NCBI GenBank assembly: GCA_964016885.1
Contig: OZ024740.1
Span: 334,056,001 to 334,120,000, forward strand
Length of the DNA stretch: 64,000 nt
Source of the DNA: Eledone cirrhosa
Lineage: Eukaryota
Direction: 5' to 3'
The notes under the pieces were generated by a model, which was not told the DNA's origin, did no database searches, and worked only from the letters and a program-made list of their open reading frames with translations. Positions within the stretch are counted from its first letter, which is position 1. Each line of letters begins with the position of its first letter. Shown here one piece after another: positions 28,343-42,330 of this stretch. A program made the position numbers and the translations under genes.

Positions 28343-28998
28343 CTGATTTGACTGATAATGATGTATTTTTAATAAGTATGTGTACATTCTTGTTACTATT
28401 TTAAGCCAATGCAAGCAACAACTATTTAATAAAATTTAAATTTAAAAATGACCATTGTGCATTACTAGTATGATGACATTTTATTAAGTCACAAAATTAG
28501 TCAGTCAGCCATAGAACAAGGATCAGGTGGCAAAAACATTGGCAAAAATATGTGTCAATTTAAGATTTCCAACATTGTTCAAATGAATCATATCTGGTTT
28601 GAAGTCAGATTTGTCAAATTTTGACCAATGTTCAATGTTGTGAAGATTGGGCAAGTTCAATTTTTAAATCATTTCTTTCATGCAGTAATTAAAGTTTTCC
28701 AAACGTCGTCATTTCTGGATTACCTCCCCTATCGTCATGCTTACTGCTCACTCACTTGAACACAAGATTTATCAGCAAACTTTGATTATAAACTGTTTCC
28801 CGCTGGACGAAATTTCTAGATTTTTAAGCCAAAAGATGCGTAATGATCTACTGTTCATGCTCATATAAGTTTTATCTCAGTTAAATAAAGTAGAGCCGCG
28901 CTGTACTGTCGTAAACAGACGATTGCCAACGAAAACACGACCACAACAATATTACTAAATGGACTACCGTCCGTTTAGGATATATAATGCATACATAT

Positions 28999-29186
28999 AA
29001 TTGTTTCTACTTTAGGCACAAGGCCAGCAATCACCCAGTGCATTACTGGTACTTTATTTTATCGACCCCGTAAGGATAAAAGGCAAAGTCAACCTCGGCG
29101 GGATTTGAACTCAGATCATAAAGGGACGTAACTATGCTGGAAAGCATGGCGTCCGACCCTCTACCGATACTCCCAATCCACCGCCA
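28999..29186 (-). mobile_element. SINE copy (near full length)
   Basis: Same family; very close to 11941-12143. Confidence 0.85.
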
Positions 29187-29201
29187 TATGCATACATATA
29201 A

Positions 29202-29316
<115 letters not shown>

Positions 29317-29356
29317 GCATACATATATGTATATATACGTATACATATATATACGT

Positions 29357-29399
<43 letters not shown>

Positions 29400-29637
29400 T
29401 GTATATATAGTATATTTGGAAATATGCTGTATGTCTAATTAAGAGCATTTTGAAGACCTTGCGCTATTCTTTTAAAGTAGTGTCTATGTCACTTACTTCT
29501 TTTTTCAACAAAGAAAGGTAGATAAGCTGCCAGATCTGTTTCTTACGGTTGGTAATCATCACAGCTTAGCACTCGCTTTGTCTGTTGAAAATTATAAATG
29601 TTGGATTCTTATAGAATTCCAGTAATATTCAGGAACT

Positions 29638-29860
29638 GATTATACAGAGCGATTGCCGGTCCAGCAAAAATTGAAAATTAGAATTGGTGCTCTGAAATAG
29701 CGATGTATACGTGAATGTATATATAGTATATTTGGCAATATACTGTATGCTTAAGTAAATTATTGTCAACTATACTATATATACATTCATGTATACCTCG
29801 CTATTTCAGAGCCCCAATTCTAATTTTTTATTTTTGCTGGCGGCAATCGCTCTGTATAAT
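29638..29860. repeat. ~220 bp imperfect palindrome (MITE or fold-back-like)
   Basis: TATACAGAGCGATTGCC...CTGAAATAGCGA is mirrored by TCGCTATTTCAG...GGCAATCGCTCTGTATA. 29712-29758 is also duplicated directly at 29395-29442. Confidence 0.75.
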
Positions 29861-29963
29861 TGAGGTTAATTTTTTTTCTTTCCCTCCATTTAGCTTCACT
29901 GCTGCTGCTGCTTCCAATATCAGCCCCCGTAGATGCTGCAACTACATCCGCTCCAAGAAAATA

Positions 29964-30009
<46 letters not shown>

Positions 30010-30404
30010 TGCATCATAGGAACAGACGTACTTATGTTCTGCTGTGCTGGATATCGATAAGCACTAGACTACGTCGATGAAACTTAAAAGCATTTATCTA
30101 AATCCTTCTCATAGAATTCATTTACCTATCTGTTTACATATATGCTTTTTCCTTTGATCTACATAGAATCTAATGTATTGATATATTTTCTAGTATACAT
30201 GCACTCTTGGCTACAATACTTAAATTGTATCATGAATATCTGAGAAACTGAAACTATAAAAAATTGTTAATATTCGGCTGGTAGATGCGAGAATTCCTTA
30301 CTGCTTCTTACACGTTTAGTTAGTATTCCTGGCAAATGATTTTTTGTGGAGTTGTATTCATGTATTATTACACTTGTATTCATGTATTATTACATCTTTC
30401 AACG

Positions 30405-30620
30405 GTGGTCTGAGTTCAAATCCCGTCGAGGTTATCTCTTCCTTTCCTCCTTACGGGGTCAATAAAATAAAGTACCAGTAATGCACTGGGTTATTGCTGG
30501 CCTTGTGCCAAATGTAGAAACAATTATTACACCTTTCATCCTTACGGGGTCGATAGAATAGAGTAACAGTAATACACTAGGATAACTGCTGGCCTTGTGC
30601 CAAAACTAGAAACAATTATT
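30405..30620 (+). mobile_element. SINE copy (30405-30527) with a tandem duplicate of its 3' half (30532-30620)
   Basis: B-box plus core, followed by a second CCTTTCATCCTTACGGGGTCGATA...TAGAAACAATTATTA. Confidence 0.8.
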
Positions 30621-31456
30621 AGAAGAATGTTCTGGCAATAAATGTTAAAAGCTCGTGTGAAATGTAAATGATTATGAAGTTGTTAGTTCTTTATAAAGTT
30701 TGGCTATATAAATAGTATTATGTGCTTTTACAATATAATTGGTCACAAATGGATATTGAGTTTCGTAAGTTTAGTGTTGGTCTAATTCATTCAGAGCTTC
30801 TTTGGTTGAGATGATCTATAGTAAAAATATTCTAAATGCGACTTTAACGACAGTAGAGGGATATCTTGAACTATGTTCTCTCATGTTTCTTTACATTCTT
30901 AAAGACTACAGGGTGCGATTTAGAACTGATGCTTCAGCAAATTGTAACAGGTCGAAAGCTTTTCGTTACTAAAATCTGTCACTGATGTGAATAAGGTTTC
31001 ATCAATCTACTCAAGAATATGAGATATATAGCGACACTTTGGCAACTCTAAATGTGTAAGTACACGTATGTACATTTTGTATAATTAATTACTTCTTATA
31101 TTTTGATATTAGGTTTTTAAAATATATATACACAATTAATGATCAGCGTTGATTCTTATGGAGTTGTAATAAACAAAGAATATTCGATATAAGTGTTGCT
31201 ATGTTCTTGTAATTTCGTAAATAATTATTTCTACTTCCGTAAATAATAATGGCAATACCACCCACGTCGAAACAAACAAACAATTTAGCCTGAATATTGT
31301 TGTTAGCAATGGAGACGCAATCTCTATTCTTTTACGCATTATTATTGAAAGGCCAATTCAATCTACAACTTAGAAAAATATCTAAATTTACAATGAAATT
31401 ACAGTTCATCCAAGCTTGTATTTCAGGCAAGTTTATAAGATACACAAACACATTCT

Positions 31457-31556
31457 ATGTATGTATTTATGTATGTATGTATGTATGTATGTATGTATGT
31501 ATGTATGTATGTATGTATGTATGTATGTATGTATGTATGTATGTATGTATGTATGT

Positions 31557-31596
<40 letters not shown>

Positions 31597-31645
31597 ATGT
31601 ATGTATGTATGTATGTATGTATGTATGTATGTATGTATGTGTGTA
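31457..31645. repeat. (TATG)n / (TG)n microsatellite
   Basis: Read directly. Confidence 0.95.
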
Positions 31646-31810
31646 GGTATGTAATGTTGTATATAAACTTGCCTGTATGTATGTAAGTTTGTGTGAGTGG
31701 GTATCCATTAAACAAATCTTATCTTAACGAAGAACTATGCTCTTCACTAAAATCTGATTATAGAAAATAGTGTAAAATTTCTATGGCAATTCACTTTCCT
31801 TATCACATAC

Positions 31811-31943
31811 CTTTAAATATTTTTATCCGTGAGAAAGTTTTCAAATGATTAACATTCCAGAACTTAAGCATTCTTTTGTGAATGAAATAATATCGGTAAC
31901 GATTAGTATTAGTTTGGTTCCAATTACAAGGTGGTTTGATGGC
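31811..31943 (-). pseudogene. Candidate exon, S6 end and C-linker start
   Basis: Donor AAG|GTATGT. Translation HLVIG(fs)TNTNRYRYYFIHKRMLKFWNVNHLKTFSRIKIFK. The acceptor appears mutated (TTTTTCATG). Confidence 0.4.
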
Positions 31944-32767
31944 ATGAAAAATGTAGAAATAAACGAAGTGCACGTGTGTGACTTCTACAAATTGAATATG
32001 TGTTAGATGTATCATATTTCATTATTAATTCAAGTATTGTTATTATTTTAAATAAGACCGATCTTAGTTATTCTAAGAATATAATTGTTGGTACATAATA
32101 TTATTGATTCCAAATTATCGTGGAATACATGCGATATGCACATTTTAGTGAAGCGGCTAATGACATTTGACATTGATATATTTAGTCTGCAATATGCGTT
32201 CAATATTTATTACAATAAAACGTACACTTTAAATGGGCTAAGGTAGAAAAGAACATATTAGCGACACGAACACTTAAGATATGAATACATTGCTTGATAA
32301 ACGTATGGTTTTTCGTTCGAAGCCCCTGGCAATTATCATCAAATACATCGATCCTACAAACATAGCACGAACACTGAAGTTACATTTATATCTATTTTCT
32401 AAAATAATTCTGTCACGATGTTACTGGAAAACGTGATTTGTGAGTCATTCCTCCAGTTCTTAGGCAACGATTTCATAACATACCACATAAGTATTTAGTT
32501 GCGTGTCAAGTAATTTCAGCTTTAACATGTGGTCGTGACTTAATGTAGTAAATAAATCAGAATTGATAAAGACGTACGTTACCTCAAAGGATAAAAATTA
32601 TTTAGGAAAACCGGATGCGCAATGTTTATCAGAAAAAATTCTTGGTGTGTAATTAAAGAATGATACATAGATTTGAGTTTTATGTTTGTGGATAATTGGG
32701 AATTATTACCGAAGGTGTAGAGAGGGGGGGGGGCTTCTTTTCTAAAAGTCAGTGAAAATTACAAACG

Positions 32768-32799
<32 letters not shown>

Positions 32800-33371
32800 T
32801 ATATATATATATTTATATATATACGTGTGTATGCATGTGTGTCTGTATGTGTGAGTGTGTGTAAATACAAGGAGACAAATTAACAGAGTCGGGATGCCAT
32901 GCAAATTTGAATTTCACTTTTTTTTTAAATGAGTGGGAAATAAAAGTCAGTTTAAATATTTAAGCATCTTATCGCCTATAAATGCCCCACGAGTAAGCAT
33001 TTGCTTACATATAGCTGTTGCTCCTGATTCTATTAATATTTACGACACATATACATTTATTCAGACAAATTTCAACGAGGCATCTTCATAGAGCTATACC
33101 GGTACCTGCTGGCTGTGAATGTGGAAAAATATATTTTACATAAATTTCCATATAGTCTAACAACGCCAGATATTTCGTACTACATAACGTATTTTTCTCT
33201 TAGGAGAATATACAAGAAATATTGTATTAAATTACTCTAGGCAAGAACAATATGACTTGAATTGCAATATGAATGTTGCAATATGAATGTTGCAGTATGA
33301 ATGTTGCAGTATAAACAAGAAAGCCTCAACATTGGTAATCGACCAGTTAGAAATAGCAATGAAATCGTTAC

Positions 33372-33552
33372 CCAAACGCCCCAAAAAAGTAAAACCAATG
33401 AAGAAGATCATATTGTATAATTCCACGGATACATATATGTTGTAAGGTCATGACCGGAATGGTATGTTTGATCCGAGTACAGTAAGGGCTTAATGATTGT
33501 ATCATTGCCCCATACATGCACACCTCCGCTAGCACAAAATATACCACCATCT
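33372..33552 (-). pseudogene. Candidate exon, pore/S6 region, with one in-frame TGA (33408-33410)
   Basis: Acceptor TTTTCGTTTACAG| and donor TGG|GTAACG. The phase-2 start matches the end of the 52874 exon. Translation DGGIFCASGGVHVWGNDTIIKPLLYSDQTYHSGHDLTTYMYPWNYTI*SSSLVLLFWGVW. Confidence 0.55.
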
Positions 33553-34919
33553 CTGTAAACGAAAACTTATATACAGTACCAATCAAATCACTGCTGCCAC
33601 GAATTAGTATCAGAGAAGATATTTCACTGCCTACTTTCAAGTTGCTGTAAAGATATGCTAATTTCAAGTCAAACATTTACAAATTGTGATATTGTATTTC
33701 TAAATTAACATCGGGATAAATACTCCATGGTCATTATTGCAATGTAGTTGATAAGGAATCATTTGATGCAAAACAAATAATACTAGAAGCGATATCATAA
33801 TTTCATTCAAGCAATTTGTTATTTCATTAAAATGTACTATTTTAAGGATTTGCTATTGGTTGTCCTATCATATCTCTGGAGAGTATATTTCAGATCTATA
33901 TTGAATACATACACACATTTTCCAACGCAGGTCACTAAATAAACTTTCATAGTTTCTACTTGTCGTAAGCCTTCAGGAATATTAACGATATCTTAATATT
34001 CACTTACTTTCATTTTGACGTTTAAGAGTTGGGCTTGGGATATTTATTTTAAATCGAAGCTCTGGCAATGAATTATTCCTGCCAAAATACTATTGTCCAA
34101 ATTAGAAATGTCATGCATCCAACCGAATCAACATTTTTATATTGCATACCGACACGAAATAAACTGCCAAACTGAAAGAACCATTACTTGACTATTTCTG
34201 AAAATGTATGCTATCATGTAAAATATTATTTTATACGAAATATTAATTTAATCAGTACAAGGCGAGTTTTAACCTTAATGTTATAAATTGTAATAATATG
34301 AAGTAACACTTTGTGTAACAACATAAAATGATAGTCAACAACAATAGCGTTTGATTTATATAAATGTAATTCTCTGTCTGTACTGGAACCACACAATACT
34401 CAGCCACTGTATATTCTTTGCTTTTAGAGAATATTGTTTCGAAAATATAGCTTGTATTTCTATCAATATCGATAAGTGCTCACATGTGTGTGTGTTTTTT
34501 CTATTAAAAGCTACTTCGCTTAGAAGCAATTTCATTATAAATATTCCTATTCATACAGCTCATAGCAATTGTTAACAAGCATATACGTTACTCATGGTAA
34601 TTTGAAAAGATTAATATAACATAGAAAATATGATTTATAAATATAATACATTAGGTTATTGAGCCTGCGTTGTGTTTTCTACCTGTTGCGGTGATTCACA
34701 TATTCTGACTATTAGAACTGTGTATCCTTCAATAAAGACTCATGTAACATATTGTTAACAATTATAGCAAATTCCGAACACAATATGATACTTGTTACAG
34801 TGTATTTCATATGATGCATTGTACGATGGGGCTTAAATTGATTTAGAATTCTAGAACAATATATGAAAGGTTGAGCATATATATATGAAAACACAAGCTA
34901 GGTAAGAATCATCTACGGA

Positions 34920-35763
34920 ACGGAACGGAAAATATGTTTTATTTATCATACTATTAATACATATTTATTAAATCAATATAAACTTTAGCTTAATTAAGTA
35001 TGCTTTACTTTGCTTTTGTATTCACTCTTTTGCTTCCACCGTGCATTCTACCGGCTTTACTCAAAGTATACAAATATTATTTTTATTCTTAAGATGCTTT
35101 AATGAAATTACTTTTTTGTTACAGGGCTACAAATATATCTTTCTTGATTTATCTTTGTTAGAAGGTATATGTCTGTAATTTCTAAATGATACCCATGTTT
35201 CGCATATGCAATTATATTTCCATATTTCAAAACGAATCAAGTTTATACAAGTTTACTAAAAATCATCAAAGTATACTATATATATTATATACGATCTATA
35301 TAGATGTTTATGTTAGATATATGTATTTTTCACAGAAAACGGAGAATGTAAATTATTTATAACGACTCGATTATATTAGTATTAATTATTTTATCTTCCC
35401 CAAGGAGATGGAAAAACATCCTGTTTTTTAAATTATATTATCTCAATAAATGATTCGTCCTAAATATATTATAAAGCATATACTATCACAATGATCTGTT
35501 TCACCTTCGCTATAAGTTCACAACAAATCACACCAACATATAATTTACTTGCGTTAAATGAGGAAGAATGAGTTAGGGCAATGATGTGGCAAATACTTAT
35601 CACTACTACTCAAAACGTAAAAACAATAATTTAATTAAGAAATCATTATCATTGTATGTTTCAACGTTGGTATATTCCCAACGGAACGGAAAATATGTTT
35701 TATTTATCATACTATTAATACATATTTATTAAATCAATATAAACTTTAGCTTAATTAAGTATG
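34920..35763 (+). repeat. 83 bp direct repeat pair (34920-35002 and 35681-35763)
   Basis: ACGGAACGGAAAATATG...GCTTAATTAAGTATG appears identical in both copies. Confidence 0.85.
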
Positions 35764-36217
35764 TAATCAAAGATGACATTAGTAATATAATTTATAATAT
35801 AACTATTTAATGTTGTTGCTGTTTTTTTTTGTTCTTTTTTTGTTATGTTTTCCAAAAAAGCAGAATTTAATATTAAATATATTACATAGAATTATTATTG
35901 GGTGGATACGATTTACGCACTCGATGATTCAATGAAAATTAATAAACCGCAAAAATGGAATTGATTTCGTTTTGATATAGTTTAAAACATTTTCAGCATG
36001 ATAATTTGCGATAGCTAATCGATCATATGCCATACATAAAACTACTCTAACAACTTTAATACTGAAATTAAAAAAAACGTAGATATATTGTAGCATATCC
36101 CATGTATACATAATATTTACGTCTTAAGACGTAAATTAAGAGAAAACAACCGGTTTCCAGTGTATTCAATGCTAAATTCCGCATTTTCAAATTGGATATA
36201 ATCCAGCATATCATTAT

Positions 36218-36278
36218 AATTGTTTCTACTTTAGGCACAAGGCCAGCAATTAACCAGTTCATTACTGGTACTTTATTT
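36218..36278 (-). mobile_element. SINE 3' fragment
   Basis: AATTGTTTCTACTTTAGGCACAAGGCCAGC...ACTGGTACTTTATTT. Confidence 0.75.
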
Positions 36279-37459
36279 AATGCATGTGTAAATAAACTGG
36301 CATAATCTATATTATTTCATTTCATATGATTTATCGGGTCTATGCACTCACTCAGTTCTTTCTACTCAGAAGTCCACATTCAGAAATACCTGTCCAACCT
36401 AAAATTCTTTTCTATAGTCAACACCTATTTACGAAGATCTAAAACAGCCATATTCTTACAGTTTTCACAGGAGCACGCTATATCAGACAATAAGCTGCGT
36501 CCTCCTCGCCAAAGAATTAAGAAAACACAGCTTGCTAATTAAATATCAAGCAATCAGATTTCGACAATATTACACAGAGATACCTATCCAATATGCACGC
36601 ACATAACTATTAAAGGACTCACAATATGAGATGTTTCTGATTGGAAAGGTAAGTATTTTCAAATATATCTAACCATATGAGCACTAGACACAACGTATAC
36701 TTTAGGTGTTTGCTCATTTGCATATGAGTCTTAAATATAGAAAGTGTTTGAATAATTCAATGTGTTAAATTATATTTGAAGGCATATCTTATGGAGAAAG
36801 AGCATGAAATGTATCAGGAGATCCCTTCTGTCTATGAACAAGCCACAAGGTTCGATATCCTAATTCACTAATTTAGAAATGTATAATACATTACGAAATA
36901 GTATTGTTTCAAACATCATAACATAAATACTATAGAGTTTTGGATGGAATATGCCTTTAAAGCCTGACCTTGCTTTTAAATTGATAAAAGTCATTTCAGA
37001 TTAGATTCGAAATGAAGAGCATATTCATCCTCTACACATACAACGTAGAGAAATATAACCTAATTATTATAGAATTTCTTAGTGCAAAGGATTTTTAAAG
37101 TTATTATGTCGAATGCATCAAGTCTTAGCAAAGACATCAAAAGTAGGAATTTATTGATTTTCGTGGCATTAGTCGGGTAGTATTGTGTAGAAGCTTTGAA
37201 AGCTATTCGGGATTTTGTACAAATAACAGAAGAGATCTTTGGCAATAACACACAAATAGAAGCAAATGTGTATCGATTAGTAATACTGTGTGCGCAATCA
37301 TTTACAAAATAACAACAACAACAACAACATATATAAAATATACAACCTAAAATAAAGATGTTATGATTCAGAGGTCATGTGAAATGTAAGTTGGCATTTA
37401 TGTGCATGTGCACGTGTGTAAAATTGTATGTTTACATCCGCATAATCATATATATATAT

Positions 37460-37530
<71 letters not shown>

Positions 37531-37536
37531 AACACG

Positions 37537-37583
<47 letters not shown>

Positions 37584-37636
37584 ATGTATGTATATATATA
37601 TCCTCCAATAGTTCATGTAAACATACATACAGATAA

Positions 37637-37717
<81 letters not shown>

Positions 37718-38439
37718 TGTGTGTTTGTGTAAGTTTGCGAGTGTCTATGACTATGTGTTTATGACTTTATTCTATTAATTTATTATATACTTGTGCAATG
37801 TAGAAATAAATTCCATGTTACACAACTATGATTATACAGAATTGTTTAACTTTGTCTCAAGGAAGCTGTATAAAATTATGGGCAGTTCGTGACGCTGGAA
37901 TGGCTAAATATGCATATACATATTTACAACCTCGAGTGAGCTGAGTATGTAGGTAGTAAAACATACAGTTATAGGACAAAATGTGGAGATGTCAGTCTTG
38001 AAATGCTGTGTATAATGAGCATATTAGACAATTGCTCAAGACTATGGTTCCTAGACGTTCAGTTTTTACTTAATAACTGCTGAGATTGCAAGATCGGTTA
38101 ACAAAATATATAAATAAATTGTGTAACGTAAAAATCAGAGACCTTGATTAATGGAAACCCACCGGTATATTAATGCCCATGCTGATTGTTTAATGTGAGC
38201 AGTTCATAAACTTCGTAGTAGAACATTCACATTAAAATAGGATGTAGTGCCAGATCTCCAAAGGTGTTTTCTCCAGCACTTGCATCAAAAACATTTTGGC
38301 ACTTAGCGCTTCTTAATTGTATACATTTTACACACAAAGCTATTTAAAGAAGAAATTAATGAGCTGGTATAGTAATGGGCCATATCTAGCAATCAGTTAT
38401 CAGAAGATGGGGGCAGCTGTATAAGCATAATTCGTTATC

Positions 38440-38768
38440 TAATGTTGCTGTTTGCACCAACCCTTAACTGTAATGATGAGTGTTTGGTATTGACGGAAAG
38501 AGTACGACCGCGACTGCAAATGGCTGAAATGGCTTTTTCCCGAAGGGCCTTTGGAGTAACGTCACTCCATAGAGTCCGTAGCTCTGAGAGCAGAAGGTCG
38601 CTATCGGTAGCGTCATTACTTCTCCGATTATTATAGGAATGTCCTTACAGCGTCTCAGTAAAGAATTACTGGACAGATTCTGCGGCAAAATCAATCGGCA
38701 GGGGATCAAAAAAAGATCCCGAAGAAGAAGAAGAAGAAGAAGAAGAAGAAGAAGAAGAAGAAGAAGAA
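38440..38768 (+). mobile_element. RTE 3' fragment followed by (GAA)n (38721-38768)
   Basis: PTL....ECLVLTERVRPRLQMAEMAFSRR..GVT..HRVRSSE.R.SL.V..LLLR. Confidence 0.75.
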
Positions 38769-39079
38769 ACTAGAGTGTGAATTAAATGTGCGACGAGGGT
38801 TTATATTAATCTCAAACATTTTCGTTTCCATGAAAATCATAATATCATCAATTTCGGACGAACAACAGGAAACTGATGACGACATTACATTAAACGGGAA
38901 AATACAGCAACTTATCGAACGAATGTCTACTGTAGGCTAAGGCTGAATATAACCAACAAATCTCTCGCCGTTCGATTTTACTTTGCTCCACTTTTCAAAT
39001 TAAATGACACGACGGTTCAGTTATATTCAAATATTGTAAGCGCATCCATTGAGAATATCGTCTATGACAAACTGCTCAG

Positions 39080-42000
39080 TTGCTCGCATGTGTGCGTGCA
39101 GAACTCTGGGTCTGTCCGCTGGGAAAAACCCCTTGCCCCCCCCTCCCTTTTTTGTGTACATCTATCCATTCACTCATTCATTTACTGCCATTCTACCTTC
39201 CTGTGTCTCCCCCTCCACGCAGCCCTTTTCGCTCTCGTTTTCTGCCACCTCCATATATACAGTGAACTATGCTGCCCTCTTACCAGCTCTTTCTCTTCCA
39301 CCCACAAACACCAGCCACCCACCCCTGATGCAGCTCGGTTCCCCAGTCCCCGGCCTCACGCCCCATCCCTCACCCCTACAAATCGACACCTGCAGCACTT
39401 GCGGCACCACTAACAAACGGAAGAGGGGACGGAACTGTTTGGGGTGGGGCTGCTTCCATCACGTCACCTGCGTTGGCTTGACTCGTCGAGCTTCCAATGC
39501 CCTCGCAGCTTGGAGGTGCAGGAGCTGCTTCTTCCCCACGTCTGGCACACCACCAGATGGCACAGCGAGCTTGCCTGACGCCCGAGCCTCGCTGGTCAAC
39601 ATCGCTCGGCTCAGGCGGCTCCGGAAGATCCCGCTCAGGATCCCGAGAGCGGAACGGGTGCCGGTAGCCGATGCCCTCGCTTCCTCGATTGAGAGCGCCC
39701 TGGACTCCAATCGAGCCAGTGACTGGGAGCGGCTGTTCTGTTTCGCCTCACTCGCCTTCGGCCTCCCCAGCTATGACGCTGACTGGGGCGGCCGGTCAAC
39801 AGCAGCCTTTTTCAAGGCCAATGTCTCGTCATTTGGGCGAGCGCCCATTCCAAGCGTGCCCAGAGACGCCACACACCCCACCCTCAGGTACCCCCTATCC
39901 TCCACCCCCGAGGCCATCGCCAAGCGTTTGCGTGACCAGGTAAAAGCAAAGCTTATCATGGGTGATGTCTCGGCCGCAGTCAGAGTTGTTGCCTCAGAGG
40001 ACACTGTCCTCCAACCCACTGAGGAGATCCTGGCTGCTCTGCGGCTCAAACACCCTGAGCCACCCACTGATCTCAGACCCATACCCCCACCCGACCCCCA
40101 CGTGCTCCTTGTGGCTACAGATGCAGATATCATATCCGCCATCAGGACCTTCCCAGCTAGCAGCTGCGGAGGTGTTGGTGGTCTCCAACCAGGCCACCTC
40201 AAGGAGTTGACATCCACCCTCTCTGCTGAGGCCGGGCGCCGCCTTCTGAGTGCAATTGTGGCGCTCACCAATAGGCTCATTCATGGTGCCCTCGACCCTT
40301 ACGCCCGAGGACTCTTTTTTTCGGCCAGCCTCACCGCTCTCATGCAGAAAGAGGGTGGCATACGCCCCATTGCTGTGGGCAATGTCTTCCGGAGGCTGGC
40401 TGCCAAAGTGATCAGAAAATCCGTCACACACGATCTGACTGAGCAGTTTAGTCCGCTGCAACTGGGTGACGGCGTGTCCGGCGGCTGTGAGGGAGCCTCT
40501 CATGCAATCAGGCAGTTCTTCAGCAGCTGCCCATCGGTACCGGCATCCAGGGTCTCCAGGCACCTTATTGTCAAGCTTACATGAGGAATATCTTTAACTC
40601 TTTACGCCGGAATCATCTGCTCGAGGCCCGCCTCAGCCGAGACCCCTCTGCCTACCCGCTGGCCTACCTGTCATATGGAGCCCCGAGCATGCTCCTAGCT
40701 ACTGATACCGTCATACCCTCGGCTACTGGGGTCCAACAGAACGACCCTTTGGGACCCCTTCTGTTCGCGCTTGGTATTGAGCACATCGCCCGGAGTATCA
40801 CGGCCCCTCTCAACGTTTGGTATCTGGACGATGCCACGTTGGGCGGGCCCGTACAGACGGTCTGCCAAGACCTTCAATCGGTGATTCCTGCCCTGGCGGT
40901 AATCGGCCTCCAGGTCAACTCGGCCAAGTCGGAGCTGGTGATGCGAGCTTTGCAGCCTCCGTCTTGGACGTGCGGTCCAATTCTCCGCCAGGTTCAGGTG
41001 AACCCCAAAGAGGATGTCCTCATTCTCGAGTCACCGATCCACCCGCCGGCCATCCGCTCCACCATCAGGTCCAGGCTTCAACAGCTCCAGACTCTCACGA
41101 GCCGACTGGGCTTGATTGACGGCCACCCAGCTCTCTTTCTGCTGAGGAACTGCTTCGCCATGCCGAAGCTCCTCTATACACTCCGCAGCGCTCCATGCTA
41201 CATCCAGACATTTCTCCTCGCTGACCTCGATACTTGTATCCGAGCAGCAGCCGAGGGGATATGGAACGTCAATTTTGACGGCATAGGGTGGCAACAGGCC
41301 ACTTTACCGGTCAAGTATGGCGGCCTAGGCCTCTGATCCCTGATCTCACTAGCTTTGCCGGCGTATCTTTCGTCGGTAACCTCGTGCCGCGTCCTCGTCA
41401 GCAGGGTGCTTCAAAACACAACAGAACCCTCTGTGTTCAGAGAACGTGAGGGCGCCTGTGAAACGTGGGACCGGCTGGCACTTAGCCCAGTAGACGTCCC
41501 TCCTCCTTCTTCCCCTGTTGACATCAAGTCCCTCCCAACGCACTTGGGATTTCATCCAATGCAGCCTGGCCTCAGACAGGCTCACGCGCCATCTCGACCA
41601 GCACCGCCTTGCTTGTTTTCGTGCGGTCTCCAAACCCGACAGTGGTGCCTGGCTCCATTTTCTGCTCTCCTTCTCCACTGGCACGCAGCTAGACAACCAT
41701 AGCCTGCGAATCGGCGTTTCCCTGAGGCTCGGCCTCCAGATCTACCAGCCACACCAATGTCGCTGCGGTTCCACCGTGAACTCTTTCGGTCTCCACCCGC
41801 TTTCCTGTCGCCACAGTGCCGGCCGCATTCCACGCCATACTGCCCTCAACGAGGTCATTAAGCATGGCTTGGACGCTGCAGGCTTCCCTTCCCAGCTCGA
41901 GCCGGTTGGGCTGGATCGAGGGGACGGCAAAAGGCCAGATGGCATGACCATCTTCCCGTTCCGCGGTGGCAAACGTCTGGGATGCCACTAGCCCCGACAA

Positions 42001-42330
42001 TTTCTGCAGCTGCAACCTGGTGTAGTCTGCGACTGACCCAGGTTCTGTTGCACGTCGGGCTGAGGGGGCCAAACTCCTCAAATACCGGTCGCTCTCCGAC
42101 AGGTTTGCGGTCGCTCCCCTGGCAGTGGAAACTTCTGGTGTCCTCGGCCCCAGGGCTACCTCCTTACTCACCACCATAGGCGCTGAGCTGGCCAGCCGCA
42201 GGTGTGAGCTCCGCGAGTTGGAGTGGCTTTTCCAGCGCGTCTCTCTTGCCGTCCTTCGGGGAAACGCCTTCTCCATTCTGTCCGCCGGGGCTGTGGGTGG
42301 GCCCCATCACGTACCAATACATTAGTTAAA
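39080..42330 (+). mobile_element. CRE-clade-like non-LTR retrotransposon (PHD finger, RT, CCHC, restriction-like endonuclease), apparently near full length but disrupted
   Basis: PHD-like CSTC...HVTC...WRCRSC. RT motifs GGIRPIAVGNVFRRLAAK, QLG.G, KL(fs)MRN.FNSL, GVQQ.DPLGP and WYLDD. Knuckle CRCG...H.LSC, RH..LN, then KRPDG, (fs)WDAT and PLAVETSG. Frameshifts near 40580, ~41520 and ~41975; stop at 41334. Confidence 0.9.

Noticed and set aside
33030-33100. SECIS candidate (ATGAA...AAA) on the minus strand
   Set aside because: There is no properly placed 3' GA quartet or helix II, and the region is probably intronic.
38870-38910. CTGATGA...GAAA upstream of the CRE element as a hammerhead
   Set aside because: Stems I and II do not form convincingly.
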